From positions 31,496,001 to 31,560,000 of the forward strand of contig NC_043001.1 in NCBI RefSeq assembly GCF_006345805.1: 64,000 nucleotides of DNA, in the 5' to 3' direction. Of the stretch, positions 14,153 to 27,738 are shown piece by piece; position 1 is the first letter of the stretch, and each line of letters begins with the position of its first letter. Below the pieces are notes generated by a model. The model made no database searches. It was not told the DNA's origin and saw nothing but the letters and a program-made list of their open reading frames with translations. The DNA comes from Octopus sinensis (taxonomy: Eukaryota). The position numbers and the translations under genes are program-made.

Positions 14153-15373
14153 ATTAATATAAAAAGGTTAAAGCATAAGATTCAAATTTTGAACAAAGTG
14201 CAAAAGTTTCTACTACCATAACAAATGCCTCTGTGTGTTACCAAGAAATTTATAAAGGGCAAAAAAAAGTTTCTTCTAAGCAAATAACTCTAGACTTGTT
14301 TTTGAAAAATAAGTCTGTCTATGAGTACTTGTGAATAGGCAATTGTGTGTACAAAAGATGGTGTGTGCAAGTCTAGTGTGAGTGAAAGAGATTCTATAAT
14401 AATAATATTTTTTATCATAAATGATCTTGACATTCTTTTTACTTTACATAAAATATTCTTTATATTCTACTGTTGCTTTATTGCCATTTATCTACAAGTA
14501 TTATAAATTTTATAGGTAAAATATTTTTCTGGGAAAGAATTATGACTTATAACATTGCTACTATGGGAAATTATTGTCCTGCTATACAAGTTTTTGCTTT
14601 ACGAGCAGTCTCTGGAGAAAGATAAACTCATATATCGAAGCATTACTGTACTTAAAATTTAACTAAAATGAATATGTATGTAAGCAAGTTAAGTAGGCTG
14701 GTGACCACACGAACATTTGAACGTTAAAACATGTTTGTCCAGTTTTTACCTTGTAACTGGATGTGATTCAGTAAAGGTAAAGAGAGTTACTAAGTAGAAA
14801 ATATATGGAATAACTGAAGAGTTACTTATTTTAATAAGGAAAGTAATACAAATTATTTAATATTTTAAAAAATTGAAAGATAAAACATACAAAATAAAAT
14901 AGCTAATCCTTCTTTGAGGTGGTATAGTGAGAAAGTTTATCCAATAGTTAGATTGTTTAATCCAAGATTAATCTTTATCAAGTAAATCTATGACTAAATA
15001 CGTTCTAGCTACTACCGTCTCATCACTATTTCAGTACTGTCCCAAGGTCTATGCCATTCTAACATCTTCTTTCCTTTTTTAAGATGGCTGGATGTGATCT
15101 GGAAGAAATCTGGCTGCTATTTCTAGCAAATGAAGTCACTATATAAAGGTTGCATGACTTGTTCTAACAGCTTTGATAGCACATGATAACAGCAGATATG
15201 ATAACCAACCCTTCTCCTGAGTAACTCTCAGGTCATAGGATTACAGACTCAGTCCAACTTACTTTGTCATGTTATTGGTATTTTATGGACCAGGCTAATC
15301 ATGGTAAGATCGCAAAAGAGAATCGTAAATCATAAACCTATTTAAAGTCCTGCCGTTATTGAAAAAGTTAGTC

Positions 15374-15870
15374 CAGTGATCCCTCGTTTATCGCGGTAGA
15401 TTGGTTCCAAGACCGGCCGCGATAACTGAATTTCTGCGAAGTAGGGACACCATATTTACAGTATTTATTTAACGTGTATTTGGACTTTTAAAACCCGCTC
15501 TGTACTGTTAACAACCCACCCATTACAGTAGTCTATTAATAACAAGGACAACTGTTAGGCAATAACACTTTAGATTTAAAAAAATAAAGATCGTTACTGT
15601 TACACAGGCCAGATTACAAAACAGAAAGCTGTGATTCGACGTCACTCTCCATTGCACCAATCACAGCCCGTCTTAAGTTCAAATACCCCTGTATATGCTT
15701 TTTTGCTATTTTACACTTCTTTTGTTGTTCCTAGACTAGGAAATAATATTTATTATTAATATCTTAATGGATTTAATGAAAAATTTTAGTCGTTCATATA
15801 TATATATCTTAAAAATCTGCGAAGTTGTGAATCTGCAATAGTTGAACTGCAAAGTAGCGAGGGGTCACTA
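15374..15870. mobile_element. Tigger2/MER2-like MITE
   Basis: Starts CAGTGATCCCTCGTTTATCGCGGTAGATTGGTTCCAAGACC, ends GTAGCGAGGGGTCACTA|TA. Confidence 0.65.
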
Positions 15871-15910
15871 TAAATGATTGCTAATTTGATGAATGTAATG
15901 TAGAAGATTA

Positions 15911-16303
<393 letters not shown>

Positions 16304-17050
16304 TTAGTATTGATTCAAACCTGAATTAAAATTCAAGCATATTAATATTTTATATGTATGCATGTATGTGTGTGTATATATATATATATATCTTATAATT
16401 TTCAAATTCATACTTTAACTATTGATTTGTTACTTAAGCATGGGGGAAATAAATGTAACATTTATCCCTTATTTAAAGGCTAAAGAGAAATGAATTTTCT
16501 ATAATCAGTTATCAAAACCAGGCCCTGGCTAAGAAGATTTTACTCAAAAGCATTTATCACACATTTTATAAATACATTAGCATTTCTTGAAAAGTGAAAA
16601 CACTTTTTCCTGATAGTCCTAATAACAACAGAAAATGAATTACAGAAGGACTGACAAAAAAATAAAATTAGTTAACAGTTGATGTCCCCTGCAGTTGAAG
16701 GCTGCCAGAAAATTCTACAAATTCTGAAAAACTTTTTAATTTTAATTTTAGCAGTTTAGTTTAATTTTATACATAAACTGTAAACTGAAGAGTATTGACA
16801 TGTATTTCAATAAAAACCAGTAATGGATGGAAAAGATGGTAGAGAAACTACATAGATGTAAATGGAAGTAGAACAATTTAGATCTCAAAAATTCCTTTAG
16901 CAGTTTCATCTATTCCTGAAAACCAGAACATCCATTCAGTGATCTTTAGATTGTCTTCTTCAACTGATACATTCAAATGCAATATCAAGCACTTTATTTT
17001 GGAATTTTTGTTAATTTGCCTTGAAATAGTTATGTTAATCACCATTTTAA

Positions 17051-17241
17051 CCCCTTTGTTACCAACCCGGCTGAAACCGGCTCTGGCACTGAGTACAAAT
17101 CTTCCACCAAACCTTAGTCACAGTTTATGTTCCTAACACTGGCTGAATGATAACTAAGGCTATTTCACTAAATTCTTTGTTATATCTAAAATAATTGAGA
17201 GAAACACAGAGCATCTCAAAATAAATACAGTAACGAAAGGG
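17051..17241. mobile_element. piggyBac-type MITE family B
   Basis: TTAA|CCC...GAAAGGG|TTAA; homologous to 24143, 28891 and 52452. Confidence 0.75.
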
Positions 17242-18857
17242 TTAAGGCACTTTACTATCTTAATCAGTTGTATTGTAGTATAAATGCTATTAAGCATTCA
17301 CCTATTTGCTATTTCTCTATGCCAACATATTTTTTTCTGTCTTTAGATTCAAACAAGACATCCACTGCATTGTCTCCCTTCAATTATCATCTACAAATAC
17401 TTTATTCCACAATATTGGATCTTCCCTTATCTTTCCTACCAATTAATCATACACTGGCATGTTATCCTCAATATATTTTTTTTACTTGTTTCAGCCAGAG
17501 GATGTGGTGATGCAGGGGGCATTGCCACAGACATTACAGTTGCTTTTGCTCACACAAACAGAAAGTGATGAGCTTATTTGTTTATTTGAACACAACCTGT
17601 AATTCCATATAGATGCATGTTTAATAGATAAAGGCATAGGAAACCACCCCCACAGAAAAAAAACAAACAACATTTTCTATTCAAGACCCATACATGGCAT
17701 AGTGATAGCATTTAAATTTTTTCTGATCTGTTTAATTAAACTAATTAAATGCTACTGTGTTTAGTACACTAACTTTACAGAATACTAAATATTTTGGAAT
17801 TGTAATATACTAAGAGAACACTACTACCTAACTTATATATATATATATACTTTGTACTGTTTGCTTGTGTGTAGGACCAGCAAAAATGTACACATCCAGT
17901 GAGAGACAAGTATCATTTAATGAAAACAGGATTTAAGTTCCATGCTTGGATAGCATACAGGGCACAATCCAGCAACTGCTCAGGTACAAATGACATGGTT
18001 ACTCTGTGAGGAATTGCAAGGAAAAATAATGAGAAAAAAATCACAAAAAAAGAGAAAAAAATGAGGGAAAACATTAAAGGAAAATGAGAATGTTATATGC
18101 CCTTTATCTGTTTGGGTGTTTACAGTAAAAATAACTATGTCTAAAGTAGGTAGTCAAATGGAGGAGAAGCTAAAGTGTGTTAAACTGCATGTCTCTTCCA
18201 GTTCGATAACAGAAATTTGGTGAGATGCTTGCATCTTGTATAAACTTCTGGTCTTATTTTAGAAAGTTGGTGCAGTTATTTGTATTTCCTCAGAGTAGCT
18301 GTGTCATTTGAGCCAGAAGGATTGCTGGATCATGCATAGTACATTATACCAGCCCATCCTATTACTGTGTTATCCAAGCATGAAACCTGAAGTAGCTTAC
18401 ATATAACTCCTGTATATTCATTAAATAATCATATGTATGGGATAAAGTGAACATAATTCTAAGAACAGTTTAACATTATACTCAATAATCTCCGTAAAAT
18501 TGTATAATATCAGCTACATTGTAATAAACTAGAAGAATGATAAGAGGTGGGTAGGATTAGTTAATAAATAAGCAAACATCACTAAAAAAAAGGAAGGACT
18601 GTAATATTTATCGTATTTTCAGAATTATTAGATCTTCAAAACATTACGAGAAGAAGCATTCATTAACAGGAGGAGATAGTTGGAATAATTTTTTAAAGGA
18701 ATTCTGCAATTCATGCTATTATCAAAATTTTGAGTAAATTTAAATTAGTAAGCTGGAAATACAGATTAAAAAAAAAAAATTCATTCCCTTCAGCCAACCA
18801 TTATATTTAATTACAAGCAAAGTAATAAGGTTGTGTGTGCGTGCATATGTGTGTGTG

Positions 18858-18902
<45 letters not shown>

Positions 18903-19274
18903 AGTCATCTAAAACATACTTAGTATTTACACAATATAGTAATGTCTGAGAATAAATTCCGATAAGTCTTAAATTACACTAGATTTGTTTCTGAATATAT
19001 TTATTCCATAGTTTAATTAAATCTCAAGTTTCAGTTGTTTGTGTTGCTGTTGTTGTAAATGCATTATGTCAGCACAGACATTGGTTAGGCCCGTGTCAGT
19101 CCTACTCAAACAGAACTCTGATCAAAGACATTCAAACTATGACCAACTGTCATTTCCTCAGACTCAGTTGCTCCATGTCACCATTATGCAATGCACCTCT
19201 TTTTTTTTTTGTAAGATAATGTGCAGTTTGTGAGAAATTTGCTTGGTATTTCTAAAAGATCAAGTGGCCACACT

Positions 19275-19447
19275 GAGGCATTTCTGAATCTCGGAGTGGT
19301 TGGCATTAGGAAGGGCATCCAGCTGTAGAAGCTCTGCCAGATCAAGATTGAAGCCTGGTGCAGCCATCTGGTTTGCCAGCCCTCAGTCAAATCGTCCAAC
19401 CCATGCTAGCATGGAAAGCGGATGTTAAACGACGACGATGATGATGA
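19275..19447 (+). mobile_element. RTE LINE 3' UTR fragment, (GAT)n tail
   Basis: Shares ggagtggttggcattaggaagggcatccagctgtagaa with 23100-23272. Confidence 0.75.
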
Positions 19448-19949
19448 ATTTCAACAAAAGTGACAAGTGTTTTATCATCCGTTCATCTGTTATAACAAGT
19501 AAAGAAACAAGGAAGTCAGCTTGGGTAGAAAAATCAAAAATCAAATGCACAGTTGTTGTTTAAGCCCATGGTCAGCCTTGAGATTAAGCAGACCTGTGGT
19601 CATTCTGTAATTTTGTATAACCATGACTAAATTATTCAATGTATCCTTTTCTCAGGATGGTCAAGCAGCATTTCAAGGGTTACTGTGTTGCTATTTCCAG
19701 CAGGCTGAATAAGTGCATTGAGGCACCTATGTCTTTGCCAGTCTTGCTATTATACAATCAGGGTTTATTTTTACCATGGTATGTGCCCTTCATCAGACAT
19801 GTTGTGTCTGTTAAATGGGGATGTACAACTTATTAAATTGATAGTACATTCTTAACAATACCTTACTGGTTTTGTAATAGTATGAGGGCATGCCCTCACA
19901 TCATTGCATCCACCATTTGTTGATGGTTCCCTACTCCTGGTAAGTAACA

Positions 19950-21110
19950 CCATTGTACCACTTAGGTAACAACCCTGCAACCCCTGTGTCTGGGTAGTCA
20001 TTGATGGTGAAGGTTTTGAGGCCAAAGTGCAAATCCTACCTCAACTCCTTTTAGATGCCTTTTATGACATGCAGAGGAAATGTTGGATTTATTTTCTGAC
20101 ATGCCAGCCCTCACACTAGCTTGTAGCCTAGAATATTATTGATACATGTTACCTGTTTCATACAGAATGACTAAGTACCAGTACATTCGTAACCATGGGA
20201 TGTGTAAAAGAGAATTTAAGATAGCTTGCTTGGTCCCATCATTTATATATTATAATTCTCTGATTTTGCATCATACAGGAATTTTAAGATCAACATGTGA
20301 ACTAGTGGCTACACTATTGAACTAATGATCATAAGGCCATCGATAATATCCAGCATGTTTTGTCTGTTCATTTGTGCCCTGTTGTTCATGCACACTAACA
20401 TTACACATCCAGTGGAACATGCTCACTTTACTTTTTCTAGCCTTTGCAAATCTTCTGCATTCAAAGACCTGCATTTCACTACCATGCAACATCACACTTT
20501 GTACACAAGCATCATACAATCTACACTTTACTCTGAGAAAAAAACAAACAAACCCTTTTTAACAACTAAAAGCGAATGACACTTTGAGCATTTTTCAATC
20601 ATTAACTTTTATCATTATACTTTTATACTTTTGGAACATCCACTTCCAACAGCAATCAGGTTACTAAGGAAACAAAAATTTATGACTATTTCTAGAGAGC
20701 CTCCTGAGCATTTGAAGGAATATATTTTGTATGTGTTATCATTGCTAACTATTCTTGTGCATAAACCACATATGAAATCAAATCAACCTTCACTGCTAGG
20801 CTGCCTGTGATTGCATTACACTTCTAGTGTGTCCACAGTTTACACTTAATACCCTATATGGAATTTCTATTTACTCCTTTTCTGCTTGTTGAGCACTGTT
20901 GAATCTCTGAAAGTAATAGGGTCCTGTCTTCTTTGCAACATACTAAAACCTTGTTAAGTTTACACTGAGGCTTCTTGATTCTGAGTTTTGCTTCCACAAC
21001 TGGAATTTCTTCTCTAAATCCATTACAAATTCAGCTATAAAAATATCATCAGCATACAAGTTCTCATGGACTGCTGGTCTTAAAACTCCTCTGTTAGGAG
21101 TTTTAAGTAG
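19950..21110 (-). mobile_element. Degraded RTE LINE (RT and post-RT region)
   Basis: Minus strand reads LYADDIFIAEFVMDLEKKFQLWKQ and LYDACVQSVMLHGSE, homologous to the plus-strand copy at 21844-22600. Confidence 0.7.
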
Positions 21111-21129
21111 CCATCTTTCCTGTGAGCTA

Positions 21130-23272
21130 TTTCAAATAAACAGGGAAGATGGCTACTTATAAATGCCAAAACTTTCTCAGGTGAAGAATGCACCCCCACA
21201 ACATAGGTTAGTAGTTAGCAACTTCAGGATCAGGGTAAGATGGTTGCCCAAAAGACGATCAGTATGGAAAAGAAGGGTCTGAAGGTTTAAGGATCCTCTG
21301 AATGGACTGAGATTTAGAGATGTATTACTTAAAGCTTTTGATGAAAAAGAGGAGGATATAGCATCACATAGTGTGGAGGACAACTCGAAGTTCCTACAGG
21401 ATAACCTGTTGAGGGCTACTGACCAGATCTATGGCTGGTGCAAAGTTCCCTCTTGACCTAAGGTAACATGGTTGTGGAACAATGTAGTTGACAGGGCCAT
21501 TAGGAAAAAGAAATGAGCATGGAAGGACTGGAAGTGTGGTGGTAGTAGGGAAATGTATCAGATGGTCAGAAGGGAAGCTAGGAGACAGGTTTACTTAACC
21601 AGAGGGGAAGCAGATAAAAAAAAATTTGCCAATGTTCTGGATTGTGAGGACCAGAGACTTGAAGTGTTTCATATTGCAAAACAGTGTGTGAGAGAGAATT
21701 GTGATGTCATAAGAGAGAGATATATCCACATGGATGATGGCTCACTTGCATTTAATGATGCGGCAAAGAAAGACTTGTAGACACCATTATGAAAGGTTGC
21801 TAAATGAAAGGAATGAACAGGAGAAAGAGAGTCTGTCAGTAAGGTGAGGATTGGCAACAAGAATAATGAAGAATTCTGGGTAGAAGTAGGGGTTCACCAA
21901 GAATCAGTCTTTAGCTTCTTCATATTCATCATAGTCCTCCAGGCAATAACAGAGGAATTCAAGACAGGCTGCCCCTGGGAGCTCCTCTATGCTGATGACC
22001 CTGCTCTAATAGCTGAGTCACTACCAGAACTAGAGAAGAAGTTTCAGATGTGGAAACAAGGTCCAGAATTGAAGGGCCTAAGAGTCAATCTAGCAAAAAC
22101 CAAAATCTTAATAAGTAGGAAGGCAGAAAAATCACAAACCCCTTCAGGTAGATGGCCCTGTAGAAAAGGCGTAGGTAGAAACTCCTTTAAGATGTACCTA
22201 GTGTAAGCTATGGACACATAAGAGGTGCAGCTATATCAAAGGAAGGTTAACTAGGAAAACAGCTTTTGCATGTGTGGCAGATGCACAGGGGCAATAAACA
22301 CTGAAGATGTACAGAAAACAGACTCCATCACATGCCAGAATTAGTTGATAGCTTCCGTTACTTAGGTGACCAAGTCTGTAGTGAGAGTGGATGCTCTGAG
22401 AGCATAGCTGCTAGAATAAGAATAGCTTGGGCAAGGTTCAGAGAGCTCCTACCTCTGCTGGTAACAAAGGGCCTCTCACTCACAGTGAAAGGTAGACTGT
22501 ATGATGCATGTGTGTGAACAGCCATGCTACATGGTAGTGAAACATGGGCTGTGACTCCTGAGGACATGCGTAGGCTTGAAAGAAATGAAGCCAGTATACT
22601 CCACTAGATGTGTAATGTCAGTGTGCATACATGACAGAGTGTAAGCACTTTCAGAAAAGTTGGACATAAGAAACATCAGATGTGGTGTGCAAGAGAAATG
22701 ACTGCACTGGTATGGTCATGTGTTGCGTATGGATGAGGACAGCTGTGTAAAGAAGTATCACATCTTAACAGTGGAAGGAACCTGTGGGAAGGTAGACCCA
22801 GGAAGACATGGGATTAGGTGGTGAAGCACAACCTTTGAATGTTGGGCCTCACAGAGGCAATGACAAGCAACTGAGACCTTTGGAGATATGCTGTGATTGA
22901 GAAGACCTGTCAAGTGAGATCATAGCTGCGACCAATGCTGGTGTTGCATAACTGGCCTGTTTAAAAGTACCCTTCAATCGTCAGGCAATATGCTGTGCTT
23001 GAGAAGACCTATTGAATCAAATTAAATTGTAATTGTGGCTGATGCCAGTGCTGCCTGACTGGCCTCTGTGCCAGTGGCACGTAAAAGCACCCACTATACT
23101 CTCAGAGTGGTTGGCATTAGGAAGGGCATCCAGCTGTAGAAACCATGCCAGATCAGACTGGAGCCTGGTACAGCCTCCTGGCTTGCCAGTCCTCAGTCAA
23201 ACCATCCAGCCCATGCCAGTACGGAAAGTGGATGTCAAATGATGATGATGATACCTATATATATATATATAT
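21130..23272 (+). mobile_element. RTE-clade LINE, internally deleted and frameshifted (EN C-terminus, RT, 3' UTR, (GAT)n tail)
   Basis: QHRLVV-like endonuclease end, VGVHQESVFS...ELLYADD RT motifs, FRYLGD, RLYDACV; multiple stops and frameshifts. Confidence 0.9.
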
Positions 23273-24142
23273 ATATATATATTTGCACACACACACACTC
23301 ATAAACACAAACACATGCACAAATTAGCCTATACTCTAAAAGAACAACAACAGCAACATATAATTAAAATAATATAATTAAATCAATATGTCAAAATAAG
23401 CAGGCCCCATATATTCAGAAAAGATGAGAATTTAAAGACAACTTCATCTGGAAATTTAGAAACCACAAATAAGAAAAAAACAACTTATTTCTTTCTGTTC
23501 TGAAAGAAAAAAGTATTAAAGATAAAAAAAAAATGTATATATGCTTAACTTTAAAACTTTACTTTTTGCCACCAAGACATACATAATTAGATAATACCTT
23601 TTGAGGCGATCAACAAGGTCATAGAAATTATAGACATGCATGTTGCAATGACCTTTCATGAAGAAACAGTAATGCAATGTTTGGAGATAACTAAGGGTCC
23701 TTCCCACCTTGCCCATACAAACCCACACAGCCATTAAAACATATTTATTTAGTAGTTATATATATATAAAGAGTTATCACATTCCACCAATATGTAATTT
23801 TAAAAATGAAACCAATAACATAGGAATAAAAAGTTACATAGACGTTTCTTGCGGAAAAAAAAAAAAATTCCCAATTTACATCGAAAGAATGGTTGCCAGT
23901 GATTAATATTAATAAAAGGAAAAAAAAAAAACAAAAACAAAAACGAGTGGGATGGAGTGAGGACATGTTGATGCTAACAAATTGTATAATGACTAACCAC
24001 CAACCAGGGGCAGTCCCCATTGTAAAGGAACAACTATTTTTATTATTTTCAATAGTCAGTGATTTAATAGCCAGAATGTCTTAAGATAGAAGCCACAGAA
24101 GTGGTTTCCCCCTACCCTCAAGATATCAAACTATTTAATTAA

Positions 24143-24362
24143 CCCTTTCATTACCAACCCGGCTGAAACCGGCTCTGGCTCTCAGTACAAATGTCTTGTT
24201 TTCATAAGGTTTGAATTAAAATCTTCCACCAAACCTTAGTCACAATTTATGTTCCTAACACTAGCTCAATGATAACTAAGTTATTTTACTAAATATTTTG
24301 TTATATTTAAAGTAATTAAAAGAAACACAGAGCATCTCAAAAGAAATACAGTAACGAAAGGG
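24143..24362. mobile_element. piggyBac-type MITE family B
   Basis: TTAA|CCCTTTC ... GAAAGGG. Confidence 0.8.
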
Positions 24363-25419
24363 TTGTATGTAAATGTTATCACAACCATGTACTTGAATTA
24401 ATTCAAATTTATATATTTCTAATATTTGAGCTAAATAAATAAATAAATAAAAGGATATATTTTAATAAAATACATTGGAGAGGAAGGGTAGGAAGTACAA
24501 GCAATGGAAACAAACCCCGGTATATAAAACTTATTACATATCTATCAAACCCAGAGAAGTAAATAATAAAGTCAACCATGGCAGTATTTGAACATAGTAC
24601 ATAGAATGTAGGATGTTCAGTTTGGTACTCTACCCCGATTTTGCTAATTTCTAAGAATTATAAATAATAAATTAATGATTCAGATTTACAATTCTCCCTT
24701 CAACCAAATTTTCCATTTGTTAATGTGTATGCATAAACAGTTCACTTGTAGAGGCTGAAAAATCCCATAAAAAAAGTGCAATCATTTTCTAAAATAAATG
24801 TGTATATGCTTATATTTACCTGTCCCGGAAGAATTCCGCAATTCTCCGGCTGCAGAAAAAATTTGCAGGATTTTAGGATACCCAAAAATTTCTATTCAAT
24901 TCTATAAAATATCTTTAATTTATATATTTTTTTTATATATTTCATCTACAGTATTTCTGCAGAAAATTACTATTCAAAATAAATTACAGAAAACAGGTAC
25001 ATAAATATGTACATTTGTACTTTTTTTTTTTTTTTAAACGTATTCACATTTGAGGAATTAAGGTGAAGAAATTTGGCTTAGATGAAATGTCAAATTAAAA
25101 GAAAAAAAAAAAACAAAACAAAAAAAAAAGAACAAAAACTAACAAATTGAATAAAAATGTTAACAAAAACATAAAAAACATGAACAAAATAATAACGAGA
25201 AAGAAAACCAAGGTAAACAATAATAATAAAGAAAAAAAATTAAAATAAAATTGGTTTCTTATATTGGCATAAGTCCAGAAATTTTAAATTGATCTCACCC
25301 AAAAGGAAGACAGTTGAGCTCAGGAAGATTTGAATTCAAATGTATAAGGATTTAATTAAATAACACAGCATTTTGCCTATTATTTTATTGAATCTATTAC
25401 CCATTGCTCAAATTAATAA

Positions 25420-25700
25420 TAATAATCCTTTCTACTAGAGGCACACGGCCTGGAATTTAGGGATAGGGGATCAGTTGATAACATAAATCCTAGTACTTAA
25501 CTGGCACTTATTTCCTCAAACCTGAAAGGATGTAAGGCAAAGTCAACCTTGGTGGTATTTAAACTCAGAATGTAAAGACGGACAAAATTCTACTGAGCAA
25601 TCAACCCCACTACTTGATTAATACTTATCAACCTTCAAAAAATGAAAGGTAAAGTTGATTTTGGCAGGATTTGAACTGAGAATGCAAAGTTTTCAACTAG
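25420..25700 (-). mobile_element. Degraded tRNA-derived SINE (family 2), two partial copies
   Basis: aaaggatg.aaggcaaagtc.acc...atttgaact.agaatg motifs shared with 26365 and 59740. Confidence 0.6.
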
Positions 25701-26364
25701 CAATAACCACGCCTCGGATAACCCTCATTGGCTATGGTACCACCTCTGCGCAAAGTGAGAATGCAAAGTGCTGGACCAAATGACACAAAGCATTTTTCTA
25801 ATTCTCTAACAATACTGTCAATCCACTGACTTTACCAATTCAAAAATAGTTGAGAATATTTGAAAAATGCTTGTCTGGGTTTCATTTTTAAGAATCAGTT
25901 TAATGAACATTTATGTTTAATCCATCTTTAAGTATACCTCTCCTTTTTCACCACAGTTAAAAACCTAAGACACTGCTGCCCTTAGTTGGTGCTATGACAC
26001 AAGACAGGACACTATTTATTCTGAAGCTAATGAATTAGTGTATACAACTTGAATTCAATAATGTCAATGACACTTTTCATGACATGGGAAAACTTTTACA
26101 AATGTCTACAACCAAGTAAATGGAAATGGTCGAGTCAAGAACTTACTTTGCGAAAGGTCAACAAATTCAGTCTCCTTTCTGTTCTAATTAACCAAAGCTG
26201 TAATTCCTAGGGAATTGTTATCTTGTAATTTTCAATGAATTAATTTTTTAAAAATGCCTAGGTATTTTTAAAAGCATTGGAAGAATTATTGAAGCCTTTC
26301 TACACAGTAATTTAGTGATCTTGGCATGTAGTAATAATTGATAAATTATTTGATATATTTGTTT

Positions 26365-26575
26365 CTACTCTTAGGCACAAGGCCCGAAATTTTTAGGGAG
26401 GGGGCCAGTCAATTAGATCAACCCCAGTGCACAACTGGCACTTAATTTATCAACCCCGAAAAGATGAAAGGCAGAGTTGACCTCGGCGGAATTTGAACTC
26501 AGAATGTAAAGATAGACAAAATACCCCTAAGCATTTCGCCCAGCATACTAATGTTTCTGCCAGCTTGCTGCCTTA
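26365..26575 (-). mobile_element. tRNA-derived SINE (family 2)
   Basis: Reverse complement begins aaggcagcaagctggcagaaacattag...gagttcaaattccgccgaggtc; many copies at 57-64 kb. Confidence 0.8.
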
Positions 26576-26913
26576 AATTATTATTTGATATATTCAATAA
26601 TAAAGTGTGCTGATCAGAAAAGAGAATTATGTTTTGATTATATGATGAAAGGCCCTTCAGCTACGTAGACTTAGGAGTATAATAAGTAGAAGAAAATTTT
26701 GTATGACCACAGGATGATAGTTTAATGGCTTCACTATTTCAAAAGTACCCCACTAAATTAATGATTATGTGATGTATTCATGGAGGATGGGTAAGAAAGT
26801 AAACGAGAAAGAAAGAGAGAGAGAGAGAGAGACGTTAGGGTAGAGTAGAGAATCTGGAGATATGTCGAAGATATCAGGCCAAAAGACAATAGGTGAAAGT
26901 GGTTACTGAAAAC

Positions 26914-27428
26914 AAGTGGTTTCCAATCTTTTCACGACCAAGGATCCCTTATATTTAAATGAGTTTTCTCACAGCCCCCTTTTAATATGTTTATCCTTAC
27001 ATATATATATATATTTACGGAGATGTACTTGCATAGCGAGTGACTTGATCTGAGATCATGTGCTGGAACGAAAACAATTGCAGCATGGAAGGTGTTTATA
27101 AGCCATTTAAGAAACACACAAAAACTGTTAGATTCACTTCAACATTTGAATTTAATTTATCAAAATAAGAGATGCAGCACGTAGTTTTGTCAGTGAACAG
27201 GTCGCGGTCTCAAAGCGACGAAAATATTTTGACAAATTAAATTTAAATGTTGAAGTGGATCTAACAGTTATTATGTGTTTCTTAAATGGCTTATAAACAC
27301 CTTCCATGCTGCAATTGTTTATATATATATATATATATATATATGAAATTTTGAATTTAGTTCACAGACCCCCAGTACTACCTCTGTGGGCCACCAGGGG
27401 TCAGCAGACCACAGGTTGGGAACCACTG
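26914..27428. mobile_element. hAT (Charlie/MER5-like) MITE carrying a nested palindromic element
   Basis: Ends (C/A)AGTGGTTTCCAATC ... GGTTGGGAACCACTG; 8-bp flanks CTGAAAAC (26906-26913) and CTGTAAAC (27429-27436). Confidence 0.65.
27072..27320. repeat. 96-bp inverted repeat (5 mismatches), 57-bp spacer, bracketed by (TA)n
   Basis: Arms 27072-27167 and 27225-27320 aligned by hand. Confidence 0.9.
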
Positions 27429-27738
27429 CTGTAAACTATGGGCTCCTCACTGCAGAAACAAATAAAAGAAGTGTAGTAAGCATTATTATTAAATTTCCTG
27501 AGATTAATACCAGCTGACAACATTATTTTATCATTACAAAGGATTACTTTTGTATAGAATAGGAAGAAAAGTCTTGTGTTAAATGGTTGTGGTGGAGACA
27601 TTTTGAAAAACTTTCTCAGAATGTTTCAAAATGATTTGGCTACTAATGTAAGAATTGTTATTATGAAGCTGGTGTGGTTTGTGTTTGGCAAAGAAATACT
27701 ACCATACATGGTAATAGTAAAATTAACCACCAAAAGTA

